Below the pieces are notes generated by a model that had not been told where the DNA came from, searched no databases, and worked only from the letters and a program-made list of their open reading frames with translations. A program made the position numbers and the translations under genes. Of a DNA stretch of 64,000 nt, positions 29,938-44,710 are shown piece after piece (positions within the stretch are counted from its first letter, which is position 1; the number at the start of each line of letters is the position of its first letter). Source of the DNA: Chrysomallon squamiferum (lineage: Eukaryota > Animalia > Mollusca); assembly GCA_012295275.1 (NCBI GenBank), contig CM022670.1:9920001-9984000 (forward strand). The letters run 5' to 3'.

Positions 29938-29994
<57 letters not shown>

Positions 29995-32900
29995 CATCAT
30001 CATCATCATCATCATCATGATAATTAAAAATCACTCTGACGTTGGTGTGTCCTCAGTCTTTCTGGACTTTTTCCATTTCCTGTAAAGACAGCATAATCTT
30101 GAAACGATACATGCAAACTAGATATATTCTATGTTTGTAGAGTTAAAAATAAGGAGAATGTATCCAAATGTATATAATTAATCTGGAAAGGTTGTTGGTG
30201 AGATTTATATCATATCAAATTCTCAAACTACTCAAGTTTCTCCAACTTGTAATTGTGATCACAAACAATTTAAAACACCTGCAGGACAGGATCTACTAAA
30301 TTACAGTGTGTGTCTACTATTTAGTTATTTAGTTTTTGTTCATGCAAATGAATCTCACATGTTGTCTTTAAGGCCATCTCTATAAACTTTATTTTTACCT
30401 TAAGTATAGTTTTGAGAAAGTGCTTCTGTAACTCTGAATCAATGGGACCATTCCTAAAAAAAAAAAAAAATATATAATAAATAAGAAAAAATAAAGATAA
30501 GAACAAATAATAATAATAAGAAGAAGAAGAAGATGATGAAGAAGAAGAATGATGATAATAAAAACAATAATAAACAAAAAAATGTTGTTAATAATTGTAA
30601 ACTAGATCAAATTCTATATTAAAGTTAGGCCATTATTAATTAATTTCATTTCTCTACTATATTTCTTTCATGTTCTCATTATGTTCTTGAATGTTTTTAA
30701 ACAGTTTCACCAGCCTTTCTAGTTATTTATTTACTTTTTCACTCCTGTAGCTATTACTACTAATACTAATACTAATACTACTGTTATTACTACTAATACT
30801 ATTATTATTATTATTATAACAAAAAGATTGGAACATTTATGATTAAACTTAGATTATGCTCAGATCATGATTATCATTTCATAATTATATACATATATAT
30901 ATATATAAAACATTATTAGTGCTGGACAGAAACAAAATATTAAGTACTGCAAGTATATAATACATAAATACCAAAAAGCTGATCCTGTGGAAAACTGTGG
31001 AAATTTGGTGAGGACAAAAATCATGATATCAATCTTCTGGAAGTCTGGCAAACTGTCTGCAAACTGACCTGTTCATATAAACTACTACTAAGTACTATGT
31101 ACTAATATTGCTGCTACTAATATTACTGTTACAGTTATTACCTTTCCTATTACTATTGTTTTTATTATAACTGCTTGTTACTACTTCTATTATTAGATCT
31201 GCTTGTACATTAGAAATAACAACTAGTATTGCTATGTCTTCTAGTATGGCTACTACCACTACTACTACTACTACTACACTACTACAGCTACTGCTACTAC
31301 TACTGCTGCTGCTGCTGCTACTGCTACTACTAATAATATTAATAATATTTTATATTTAAAGGAAGTTACTTATTCATTACACTAAATCTTTCCATGTATT
31401 GCTTTAATCTTGTACATTTCACTGAAAATTTCTCTTCTGTTGCTTTAATCTCTCTATATATTTCGTACTAAATCTGTAATTTATTATTCTAATTAATTAA
31501 AATCCAATTAGTTCTGCATCTGTATCATACTAACCTATGGTATTAATAATGGATTCTTCAAATATTTTTTCATCCTTGCGTACCTGAGGGTCTATGCTTT
31601 TGTTATCCAGAGAAAGTTGGAGGTGTTGAAGCAAATTGTTAAATATTTCCAGAACAGAAGGACCTAATTTTTGTTTTGTTTTTAAAAAAAAAAAAAAAAA
31701 ATTAAAATCTCAGGTTACAAATCAGATTTAGTAAAAATACTTATATTTGATCTCTCCCATTTGTAATACATTTGCTGTAATGATTTAAAAAAAAAAAAAC
31801 CCCACCATGTACTGATATATTTGATTATTTTATTTTCATTGAGACCAGATGTAATGTTACTGATATTAAAAAGTAACCACATATACAAAACCTTAGGTAC
31901 ACTGGTTCTCTGAGGAAATAAATATACACTGAAATATCTAACTGTAATATATGTCAACACATTACCAGATATAATTCTATTAATATTAAAAAAATAAAAA
32001 ATAAAACCACGTACAAAACTGTATTCATAATAACTAAACATTTCTTATTTCACATTTGTTGATTCACAAAAGGCACCATTAATTTCTCTTCTTCTTTTTT
32101 GAAAAATATTTACCAATTGTTCCTCCAACTGAAATGATAACTATGTCACACAAAACTTCAATGATTCCAACTTTTATCATTGGGTTGCTGTATGTGTGTT
32201 TGTCAAGATGTAACATCAACATCTGAATAACCAAGTAACTATGCTGAGCCTGTGAATTAAGCAAATATACAATTTAAAAAAAAATCCACAAAGGTTTATG
32301 CATAATGGTCCCACAGTAAATATTTGAAAAATTCAAACTTTTTTAATTTCTTTTAACTTAATATTTTAGAATGTTGAAACTCTTTTATTTGTTTAAATGT
32401 TGTGAAGGCTGCCTTGGAGTTTTTAATTCTTAAAAACAGTTTTATTTTAAAAAACATTTTTTTTTTATTATTATTATTATTTTTTTTTTTTTTTACTAAT
32501 TTTTAAATAATTTGTATATTTGTGATAAAAATGGCATTTAAAAAAAATAATGTTGACACTATTTCTTATACATCATCTTTTTCTTTTCTTTCTTATCAAA
32601 AGGTGTTGGATGTTTAAATTTATGTATGATGAAAATCCTTTAAGAATAACAAATCAGTAATTATAATGTTTCTTGCTAATCTCAGCTGTGAAGATCTTAC
32701 AAAACACTAAAATACAGCTGTAAGCCTCTGTCACAAATAATAATTTAAATAAATAACAAATGAAAATTTTTTGAATTTTAAAATATTTCATTACTAAATA
32801 TATTATACCTGAACAGAGTACATAATAATTTGGAAACATTTCCTAGCAAAATTATTTGGCTGCCACAAATTGTGATTATCCAGATGTCTGGGGAAAAACA

Positions 32901-35900
32901 AAAAAATAAAAAAATAAAATGATCCAGAATACCTGATATATAATTCATGTAATAAAGCAAGAAAAGATCAAATCATAACATTTTTAAAATTAAATGCAAT
33001 GTACTTCTTCAGATTAACAATAGAAATCTCATAAGTCACAAATTTCCTACTTTAAAAAGAAAGTTGATTTAAAAATTTTAGTTTCTGAATGTGGAAGAGA
33101 ATTATATTTCAATATTGTGGGCATCAGTTGCAGAATGAGAATGTTAAGTCAAAAAGCAGAAACAGCTCTTTTTCCAATCAGGATTTTCATCTTTCATTTA
33201 CTGAACAAAGATGATGTAATGTGTCTTAGATCTTAACAACGAAAAAAAAACAAATGAATGTTCTTAAAGTAAAAAAAAAAAAAAAAAATCAGCTGAAAAA
33301 ATACACTGTATGACACATATGCTTGAGGACATGAATTACCTGATCTGATTAGTAAAATTTAAAATATTAATTAGTACTCTACTGCACAAATAAACTCCTG
33401 AACTCATAAACTTGTAATTTAATGTTTAGTAAACATTGTGATTATCAGTAGACTCTTTGTAAAGATGCAACAAGAATTCAAAATGTTACTGAATCATAAG
33501 GTCACAGAACCACTCACATTAATACTGGATTTACTGAAGATCTGATGCTTCCAAACGAAGCTCTACACATGAGATCGCGAAATACATTTTCAGCAACATA
33601 AGAAGGATGCTCTTCATCTTTTATTTCTGAAATTGCAGGATCTTCTTCCCTGAATAACATACAATATTCAACGGAATTAGTAAACGTGCAGTTACAGTTA
33701 TTTTAGAAATCTCTTAATCCTTGTTAGTGTGTAATAAAACAAGAAATGCAGTCAGTTATGATACACAAAAAAAAATAACTGAGAATAATAAATGTCTATT
33801 TTACAACAGTGGTAAGTTTTTGCAAAATCAGAAAAGAAAGAAAGAAAAACAACATATAGGTGAGTATGTGTGCAGTCTTTTTTTTTTTTTTTTTTTTTTT
33901 TTCTTGGAATAAAAAGTTAAGGAATGATATTTTACATCAACGTAACAAAGATTATTTACTCTTGTTAGCAGTTTTTACATTTTTACCTTTGAGGTTCATT
34001 CATGTTGAAAAGCAGAGATGGTATAATCTTGTCCATGTGGACAGGGTCCCAGATGTTGTCCTGCAAATCATCGCTGACTGTTTTTCTCACCACTCCCTGC
34101 AAACCTAACAGTCCTGCCGTGCGGATCCTGTTTCAACAGAAAACAAAGCAGTTCACATAAATAACAAATAATAAAACAAAATATACCAGTAGGTTCACAA
34201 TTTTAACTTGACATTTAAATTTAAATATAACTAAAAAAAAAAAAATGGTATTATGTTTTAACCGTTATGTTTTTTTTACTGAAAATTAAAACTTCAACAG
34301 AAATGTTGAAAGGTGAACAAAATAAATTTCTACTAATAGAAGAAAAAAATGAAAAAGATTTATAAGTTGTTTTCTTTTCTAACATGCTTACAATAATTAA
34401 TTTCACAGTCTGCAAGAATAAATTCCTTCGACTAGAATTACACCCTTGAATACGAATTTCTTATTATTATTTAATAATTTCTTGACCCCCTCCCAAAAAC
34501 ACTGAAAAACTATGAAACTGGCATCAGATATTTGAACCAAACTCTTTTCAAAAAAAATACTAAGAAATTATTTGCCTTTATAACTTTCATTCAATGGCGA
34601 TAACTCACATAAGAAAATGTCTTTATGATTCTTTAAAATTTGTGTGTGAAGATGTTAAAATTAGAGAACCTTCAAACAAAAACACATTATCCTTTTAGAA
34701 GTTACTCATTTCTAAAACAATCACCTTAAAATATTTACAATGACAGCCAATACTTACATAATCTCTCATGATCTGATTTTGCCACTGATATGGCACTTAG
34801 AAAAATATTTTTACAAGCAGTTTACAAAAACAATTTAAACAATTTCTAAAATATAACAACTGCATTTGAGTTTTATTTATGGGGACAAAAACATTATTTA
34901 CAAAAGATGTATTTTTTTTTTGTCACTGACAAACCATACAGACTGACAGATAGCTATATTTATTCACTAGCTATGCATGATTTGTTCAAGATTGTCAAGT
35001 TATTTTGGGGTAAGAGATTTAAAGAGTTAATAAATAAGATAGCAATAGCTTATTATATTGTTACACAATAAAAACTATGTAGTTGAAATTTCTCAATGAA
35101 GAATTGATTTCAAAAAATTTGTAAACAAATATCTTTTTAATGTGAGTTTTTGACAATGCATTAAAGTGAAAACTAATACGTGAATAAAATTATTTTAACT
35201 GATCAGAGGAGAAATAACATTTATTTCCTCCACTTCGTAAATTATCTGATTATTTTTTTCTTTAACTTGCACACTTACCATTTTTACTGTTTGTAAAATA
35301 TTTATTTATTATTATGTGTTTAACAAATAACTTCATTTTATCATTGCCAAGGTATTGCAATTTATACAAGCCCCTGAATTCTTTTTTTAGATTTTTTTTT
35401 CGCATTTTTTTCTTATTCTTTGAATATTATTTTTCAGATGATATTTTTGTTGAGGCTTTTTAAATTATATTTTGAGGTTGGTTTGAAGCTGTTCTAATAT
35501 ATCAATACATAAATCACTTTCACTATTTTATCTTATTCTGTTTTTCTAGTCACACGATAAACTGAAACACTATAACCAAACTAATTACCTATATTACAAT
35601 TCCGAATTTTAATTTTTTTTTTTTAATATTTTTTATTTAAATTTCTATTGTTTTTATGTGTGTATGTATATGTACTTCATTATAAATATTTCTAGAACTT
35701 AGCTTAATAATCTCTTTTGAAATAAACAAAATGAACATTTTCAAATTATTTAATTTACTATTCTTATATTCACAAAATGTAACAGCATTTGTGCATTCTT
35801 TTAATGTTTTACACTGTTATAGTTAATTCTGTAGACCTCTAAGAAGTGGTAGGCTATAACTTATTAAACACAGAATCTTCTTTCTTCCTCTTCACTCTAA

Positions 35901-38212
35901 AAAATACTGGTATTCATCAAATACAACAACAAAAAAACCACGAAATTTTAAAAGAAAAATGTGGGCACTTAAGATCAAGGAAGAGTCTATTTTTACATGA
36001 AATTAAAACAAACAAATAAATTAATTAAAATGATGTTACAGTTAAAACAAGAATTGTTTTGGGGTTGTTTTTGTTTTTGTTTTTGTTTTTCGTAGATATA
36101 ACTATTTCTAAATGTTGTATTACGTAATAGTAAAGGCAAACAAGTGACAGTGAGTGAATTATTGACAGATTTTTTTACACAAACACATTTTAAGAACACT
36201 TTCCATATAAAAAGATGTTATTAAGAAAAAAAGAAATGTAAAATTAAGGTGTCTATGCTTTTCCTTGGACCTGTTATTTAACAGTCACATTTTATTATTA
36301 GCTAAGACAGTATTAATGCAAATACATATGGAAATATATCAGTATCTTGTTAACTAAAAGAATTATGATTAGAAAACATAATCCTGTACTTGCAGTTTAT
36401 ATATATAAATAAATAAACAAATGAATGAGCTGTTTTTAAAAGAAAAAAAAAGAGAAGAAGAAATAAACTAGAAATTTTTGTTCAAGCAATGAAGGTTGAA
36501 ATTTTTACTTCAGGTAATTATATTTATAGGCTTATTATTATTATTATTATTATTATTTATTATAGGCTACTTTTGTCTATCAACAGCAAGGAATCTTTCT
36601 CATGATTCTTCAGATTGATCAGAGAGCTTAATGTAATAGCACTGGATAAACTAGCCACAGAGAACTGGCAAGACAAGCAATATTCCTATCAGACTCTGTG
36701 ACAGTTTAATCTTTCTACTTGTCAAACCCTCAAACCAGTGTTTTACAAAGACCTGAAGTGAGATCTGTCAATGTATAACTAATCATCTTTGAAATTACCT
36801 GAAAATACCTCCATGAAAGGAACACTGGTTGGAATGAAAAAAACAAAATCTGAATACTGAACAGGATTGACTGTGCAGCTCATAATGCCTCAGGTAAGCA
36901 CTGTATATTTCAAAAGTTTTGGATGCAGTTGCAAAATGAAATTAATAAAGACATGATTGTCAAACTGTTAAATTTATTTTTACCTTATCTTTAGTTCTTC
37001 TTTGTTGTTGTTGTTGTGACACATACTGCTAAATTTGTGTACAAAGAAATCATATCGTCTGTGGTATGATGGCGTGTCCTCTTCAATGTTAGCAAATTTC
37101 ACAAACTGAAAATTAAAATTTCACATTTAATTTAAAATAATAACAACAACAATAATAAAAATTTTAATATTTGTGAACTGTAACATAACTATTGTTGATA
37201 GCAATTATGATGGCATGGCTTTCTAAACATTTATAAATTTTATAAACAGTAAATTCAAAATTAATATTTATAATGATAATTTAATAATAATCCCGTATAT
37301 CATATTCCATCATGTAAAAATGTATTAAAAATAATAATAATAATAATAACAAAACAATATTTTCTATCATTAACTATTTTCGAATTCTAAAACATAAACT
37401 GTGATATTACTGACAGCAATAATGACTGCATGATTTTCTCAGTATTTATTAATTTAAAAAAAAAAAAAAAAAAAAAAAGTTGATTTATTTAATATTAATA
37501 ATTACATAAACTAAAATTTTTGAAGTGGTTATACCAAAATCAGAGGTTATTTATTTATTTTTTTTTTGTTTGCTTGTTTGTTTTATTTATTTATTTATTT
37601 ATTTTAAAGACAGAAAAAAAGCTATTATAAACATAAAATTCTGACATATTCCATCTTGAAAACTGTAATACAACAATACTAGACATTACTGAAAAAAAAG
37701 GGGTTAAAAATTGATTAATGATTTAGCATGGGGTTAATAGGTTGTTTTGGGGTTTTTAGGTGCTTTTTTTTATTTATATATTTGAAATTACTCATTTTGA
37801 AATAAAGCGTACTTAACAAACCATTTCTCATTTTATTTTAAATGAAATTATTCTTGTCAATAATCATTCACACATCTAGAATTTTCTGCTAAATACATTT
37901 TTCACATTTTGGAGATCATCTGTGTGCATGTTGTTGTTATTTTATAAATTACTATCTCTGTTTTACTGTGCATTTTAGACCTTTGACTTAGTGAGTTTTT
38001 ACAAGATATACTATTGTTATTACTTTTGTTCTATGTAAGCAATTATAATGAAAAATAATATGTTACATTATTAAAAGTAATAAAAATACTAATGTTAGAT
38101 CATTATATATATATAAATTATTCCAAATGGTTTAATCAGAAAAATATATCATTTTTTCAGCTCAAATAAGTATCATTTGGCTTTAAAGAAACAAATTCAT
38201 ATATATATATGA

Positions 38213-38266
<54 letters not shown>

Positions 38267-40793
38267 TTTTGGATTTTTTTTGCATTTTATGCTGACGTTT
38301 TTCTAGACAAATATTTATAAACATATCAAGCAATCCATTTAGTTCTTTTTAATGAGAAAAGTTTATTCTACCAAACAAGTTTTTATATGGTCATCTATCT
38401 AAATAAATTTGATTCTAATGAAACAAATCCAGGATAAAAAAAAGTATTTTATTTACTTTTTATTTAACTCATATTTCATGCTGAGACATGTATATACATG
38501 TTTATAAACACACCAAGGTTGTTTTGTTTTTTAGGATATATGAAGGCTGTTATTTGTGTAGGCTTTTCTTAAATATGAAATATTTTTTAAACATCATCAG
38601 TTTATCAATGCTTTTTTTAATTAACAAAATTATTTATTTATTTAAATATATTTTATATTGATTCTTATTATTATTTTTTTATTTCTAATTTTTTTTTAAT
38701 TTTGTTTTTACATTTCATACATTTTTTATTTATTTATTTTATTTTATTTATTTATTTATTTATTTTTTTTTTTTTGAGGCTAAAATAAATGCAATTATAT
38801 CAGACATATTTTGATTATTTATTCATACAACCACACACAAGTACTTCAAAAATTAAATAAATTTTTTGTTATTTTTCACTTTTCCCTTTTTTTTTCTAGT
38901 ATTATACTCATAATGTAATTACACACTGAGTTCGTGGCCAGTATTTGCAGTTCAGGATCATCACACTCTAGTAACTTCTGTACTATTTTCAGAAAACTTT
39001 CCACAAAGAGATTAAGAGACTGTGCATGACATGACTTTAATAGCTGATCACAAGCTTCCATTCCAATGAAAATAAATCTGCAAAGAGCAATATTCAAATG
39101 TTAAGCATTAGACTATCACTGTTATATGTATTTACAAAAATAACTATGCTAATATGATTATTATTACATTTTTTGTTGTTTCAAATTCCCTTTTTTAGTT
39201 GACAAATAATTGTTTTTTAATATATCTATATAATAAATCAGAAATGTTATAGCTTTAATTTTCTTGTTTTAGAGTGTGTAAATTCAGCTTAATTATACCT
39301 TAAAAATATATAACTGTAAAGGATAATATTTAAGTATTAGAATTTATGATTATTATTAATTGTTATTGTTGTTGTTTTAAATTCTATTTTTCAGTTGCCA
39401 AAAAATAAATAAATCAATAAATAAAGAAAGAAATAAAGAAAGAAAGAAATAATTTTTTTTATAATAAATTAGAAATGTTATACATTTAATTTTTGATTTT
39501 GTAGACTTAGCTCAATTACATCTTCTAGATGCCAGGAACAAAGAAGTCGTGTAATTACATTAGCTTAATAACTTGTCTGCATATTTCAGATTAATGGTTA
39601 TTAAAGCAAAAACAAAGGATTGTGTGACTATAAACATTTACTAAGCTTTAAACCAGCAGTAGTTAACAGAAACTGGCTTCATAAAAATTCAGACATTATT
39701 TTTTATCAAGCCAGATACTGAGAGATAGATAAATATCATAGACTTATACTTTACAGGTTAAATATATTTAAAAAAAAAAAAGATAACGTCTCAGATGAAA
39801 TATTTATTAATTATTATATCTTTATGAATTTTATTTCAATCTATAATCAATAACAAATACATATTATTTTTTCAAAAATACCATAAGGATTTAAAAAACA
39901 AAGCTCTGAGTAATTTTTTACGGTTAATAATGTTTGAGACATTACTTAAAAATGGTATATCATTTATTGAATAAGATTATCTATTTAGAACTTAATAAAT
40001 TAAAATTAATTTAAGCAACTATTTAAAATAGTAGTTACGAACATTTATAGTTTTTCATTACAACAATAGTAATATTTGGCAATAATACAAGCAATTCTTA
40101 GTTTTATGTTTAATTAAGAAACTGATTACATTTTAAAAATTATTAACAAAAAACACAAACAAAATGCAGTATATTATAAAAGCACTAATATTTTTATTAT
40201 AACAGGAACATTTATATAACTGAGTTTTGTACCTGGATATAAGTAAAGGAACATGTTATTTTGTTCTAATAATACATATAGCGAAATGAGTTTAAATCTC
40301 TATGTAAGTAAATTACAAAAAAATTTGTAATATCTTTTAGTAATAATTATAAATAATTTATGTCTATATGTAATTGTATCTAAAATGTTTAAACTAAGTA
40401 AACTGTATTAGTGTAATATTCTACGTAACTCACTGAATTTTATGTCTGTGTATTTCTCGGTATAATCTTTTTTCCAAGTAATGGCCTATCTTATCAAGTT
40501 TGTCTGGTGATGAAACTGCATAAAACATCAGTTGTGCCATGTGGTTCATGTCCAACCCTTCCTGCAATACAATATTCAACAATCAGTATGACTTGCTTAT
40601 TATTTTAAATAATGGTTTTGTGAACATTAATGATTATTTAAATAAGGATTCAGTGAACATTAATAATTTACTTAAATAAAGTTTTTGTAAATACTGATAA
40701 TTATATTTGAACCAGATATTAAAAACAACATAAAAAATTCACTTAGAAATTTATTAACTTAAATTAACATGTTTTTGAATGCTACTGACCAGG

Positions 40794-40830
<37 letters not shown>

Positions 40831-42466
40831 CTTCCTCTTCAATTATTATGTACACTGCTCAGCATAATTCTAAAAAAAAAAAAAAAAAAAAAAAGGTTTT
40901 ACTATACTTATTGTAATTATAAACTATATATATTTATATTTTCTTTGTGGTTTTTATGACATTTCGATCTCCACAGAATATATTATCTTTGTTACTAAAC
41001 CTACACAGAATTCTTGTTAACTACCTTTTGAAATTTTATACATCTCTTTTCATTTTTTTTTTAAATTAAAGCAATCTAAGCAACTGCTAAAATCAATAGA
41101 TGTGGGTCTCCTGCATTTTGAATGAATTATTAGATTACTAGACATGACAAGGCACAGATACTGTTAATGTCTGCATTAAGCAATTTTTTAGAACTTTGTG
41201 AAAATATCTGTTTAAACTCACTTATAACAAACTATCAGTGACTGAAATGAGTTTTAGGAACTGGGGGTGTGCTAAGATTTGGGCGGAACAGGGGAGAGGC
41301 TATAATTACCCTCATGAAAATATTATTATTATCTGAAAATGTAGTTTGTTACTGGAAACAGATAACAGAAAAAGTATCAATTTCTAATTCAAGTAGATTA
41401 GATAAAAAAATTATTCATTTTTTTTTTTTTAATAATTATGTTTTGGTATTTTTTAAAGATATCTGTTGTTTGTGAAAATGAACAAGTTAATTTTAACTGC
41501 CAGAAACTTGACAAAGATTAGCTAAAAAAAAAATATCCCTGACTCTGGAAACTAAAAAGTAGGGTAATGCCACCCTCATTTCCATAACTGAAAACAATTC
41601 ACTGTACCTCCGGGTTAGACTGAAATATCTTATCCACCAGTCTGCTGTACCTTGGCTTTAGTGCAACACAACAACCACACAATCCTAAAATGTTTTTAAA
41701 TAAGTAAATTAATTAGGACCCTTTAATTCTGCTATAGTGTCAATCTGGTAAATTTATTATGCAATACATATTACTAAACAATAACACATTCACAGAAACA
41801 CACATACACAGATACATAATATATTTTATTTACAATTGGAAATACGGTTGTTTGGTAAGATGTTGTAATGACGTCTCAGGATCATGAAAGACATTTTAAC
41901 TATGCTGATTTTTGAATGAATATATTATTGTCCTATACCATTATTGAAAGTTTTTTTGTATTGTACTAAAAAACTGCAAGAAGTTCATAGTTAAACAAAA
42001 ACTATATCTTTAAAAAATGCTGTATAATAAATCTATCTGTAAAAAAAAGAAAAAATAATAATAAAAAAGCTAACCGGAACCATGTGTATGCAGGATTTGT
42101 CATGTAGTAATCAGTTTCTATTTATAGAATACAATCGGTACAATAAACTTTTTAATAAAGTAAGCATAATAAAAATTGCTTTCATTTATAAATAATTATG
42201 TCATAGAATAGTATTCTGAATTATGAATACTAACCCTAATAATATGCAGGAATTAATTATATTCTAATTTAATCATAATGGCCATTCGATAATTAGAAGT
42301 AAATACCAAACAGAAAAAATAGCATGTCCATAAATTACTGTATAAAATTACATTTTCCTTTATTATGAAAAAGAACAAAATGAAGCCTACCTCCTTTGCT
42401 TTTGATATTGATTGAGATAGTGGATCGAGAGAGAGTGCTAAACGATGCTCCTTTCTGCTTCACCAT
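23091..42466 (-). CDS. EFR3: EFR3 homolog, copy 2; complete, 22 exons, 809 aa
   Basis: Exons in transcript order: 42466-42391, 41684-41608, 40561-40434, 39077-38927, 37105-36984, 34127-33987, 33649-33518, 32887-32809, 32249-32114, 31663-31535, 31068-30972, 30453-30399, 29849-29677, 28764-28689, 28103-27942, 27570-27442, 26621-26545, 26073-25943, 25261-25176, 24605-24563, 24109-24000, 23210-23091. Total 2430 nt, uninterrupted. Motifs: N-terminal Cys cluster LCGCCVALKPRY, FYAVSSPDKLDKIG, FVKFANIEEDTPSYHRRYDFFV and C-terminal EIKFPDFFVY*. The first exon is the least certain; it was chosen on ATG, donor and phase only. Confidence 0.95.
29937..30018. repeat. (AAT)n-(CAT)n microsatellite
   Basis: Read directly; it produces the poly-Ile pseudo-ORF at 29903. 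Confidence 0.9.
38214..38265. repeat. (TG)n microsatellite
   Basis: Read directly from the sequence. Confidence 0.9.
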
Positions 42467-42666
42467 TCCTTGTCATTTCCGTTTCACTTAGTTATCATTC
42501 CTTTAGTTTCATTCTGTTACTTTCTGCTTATTTATCTTTTAAATTTTATTTATTTATTTATTTATTTATTATCATTATTATTAATAATTAGATTTAGATT
42601 TAAACTATTTTAATTTCTTAGATGCCAGAAGAAAAACGAAATAAGAAGGCAATAACCAGTGATGAT

Positions 42667-42676
42667 ATGACGTCAT
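42667..42676. promoter_or_regulatory. Palindromic CRE/ATF site (ATGACGTCAT) in the CpG-containing putative promoter of EFR3 copy 2
   Basis: Perfect TGACGTCA about 200 bp upstream of the ATG at 42466, where CpG density rises. Function is inferred. Confidence 0.4.
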
Positions 42677-43236
42677 CAACACGACTGAGTAAAGGTCGCG
42701 TTAAAATTCGACCTACGAGTCGCTCAGTCAACTCCTCTGTATCATAAACCAGTATCAGAAAATGAGAATGGTGTATCCTTGTACAAATGAGCATATTAAT
42801 AGGACAGTCAGCTTGTGTCATCTAATCTGAGACTGAACCTTTGGGACCTTAACGTATCACAAAATCCTAAAACGTATGCCCATCACAGGATCTGTACTAG
42901 TCGATGGAGTGTTTTAAATCTTGCGAAGTGGTTGTTTTATGATGAGGCTGAATGTCGTATGAATAAGGTACTCTTTCCCCATAATAAAATCTAGCATTTT
43001 TGTGTATCACATAAAGATACATTTTGCCTCGTGAAGCTTATTCTAACATCTGTCTGCCGTTATAAAAACATGTCGACAAAAAGCCGCTGCCCAGCTAGAC
43101 TCTAAATACGGTATGCTCATCTGAATTGGAACTTCCATCATCTGCGCCTGGTGTGGGGCTTTGGGTTAGATAAATGTTCTAATTGGGTAGATAATAATAT
43201 CTAAACAATATCTACAACTATAATAACACAATTGTT

Positions 43237-43238
<2 letters not shown>

Positions 43239-43302
<64 letters not shown>
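43239..43302. repeat. (CT)n microsatellite
   Basis: Read directly from the sequence. Confidence 0.9.
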
Positions 43303-43305
<3 letters not shown>

Positions 43306-44295
43306 GTGAATATTTATTTAAAATCAGAAAATAATGTTACAGCGATCATTAACAGTGTTTAAGAGGTATGTACTAATATTCATTATAAACATTTAACGAG
43401 AAATGAGTAGATTTTAATTTGTGAAGAAAAATAAATGTATACCATTAAACATTAATGATCTTCAGGCGGCATATTTAATTCTGTCACCAAAATGTTTACA
43501 CTGAAAGCCACTAGACATGCTTGAAAAAAATTTGAATTACGTTTGAAAATATAATTACGCCAAAAAAAAAGAGAACAAAAAAAAGAAAGGTTTTAAAAAA
43601 TGAATACGGAATTGAAAATGAATGTCAAATGGGAAACTTCGTTAAATACAAAACAAAACAAAGCAACAGCATGAAATAATAATAATAACAGTAATAATAA
43701 CAACAAAAACAGCAACAACAGACAAATAAATAAATAAAGATTTTTTAATTGTAGATATATTCGATGTTTCCCTCTCAATCCATTATCAATAACCAGAACA
43801 GTTCTGTACCTTATAAAATTATATGAAGGAATTACACTGTGTCTACCTACCTAGCTACTTACTTATCTATCTACCTATCTATCTCTCTCTATCTAGAGAG
43901 GAAGAGATAAGAATGCAGGCAGAAAAGTACCTTTTTCAACTTGAAAATGATAATATTATCACATACGACATGTGAATACGTGGCTAACGGATACATTTCG
44001 TACCACTATTATATCTAGTTTATAGTCAGTGTAACAAATCTTTGGACGGCTCTGATACTAACGGATACTACTGTGGGTATTTTCTTACTGAACATATTAA
44101 ATAACCATAAAACAAAAACAAGAGAAATAATAACAAGTGAAAAACAAAAATAGAAAAAGAATGGAATATCAGTTCCCAAAAGAAAAATAATTCTTTATTC
44201 TTACAAATAAATAAATAAATAAATAAGCAACAACAAAAGAATTTAAAAAAAATTAAAATATTAAATATATATATATATATATATATGTGTGTGTA

Positions 44296-44335
<40 letters not shown>

Positions 44336-44678
44336 TATATATATATATATATAAAACAGCAATATTCCGGTGACTGTATTTCATTGTAACACTTCAATGT
44401 GTTAGGTCCAAACTGCTAAGGGGTGTGGATGGTTTTTTAATGACCTATAATAAAGGCATTGTACTGACAAATAAATAACACGTTGTTGGGCAACTATCTC
44501 CCTGTGTCAGAAATATGCTAAGCAGAACAGTGAAATCTGCATTGTGATAGAGATAACAAAAAAATACGTCATGAATACGATACATGAAAGATAAGTATGA
44601 AATACGTTCTCGTTCGTGAATAGCTAGCTAGTCGTATACAGATCAAAATATTAAGTACGAGAAACACCACAAGGGCTG

Positions 44679-44710
<32 letters not shown>

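Noticed and set aside
631-42466. The two EFR3 genes as an assembly artefact (uncollapsed haplotype or fold-back read)
   Set aside because: The introns differ in sequence and length, and the exons differ at many synonymous and non-synonymous sites.
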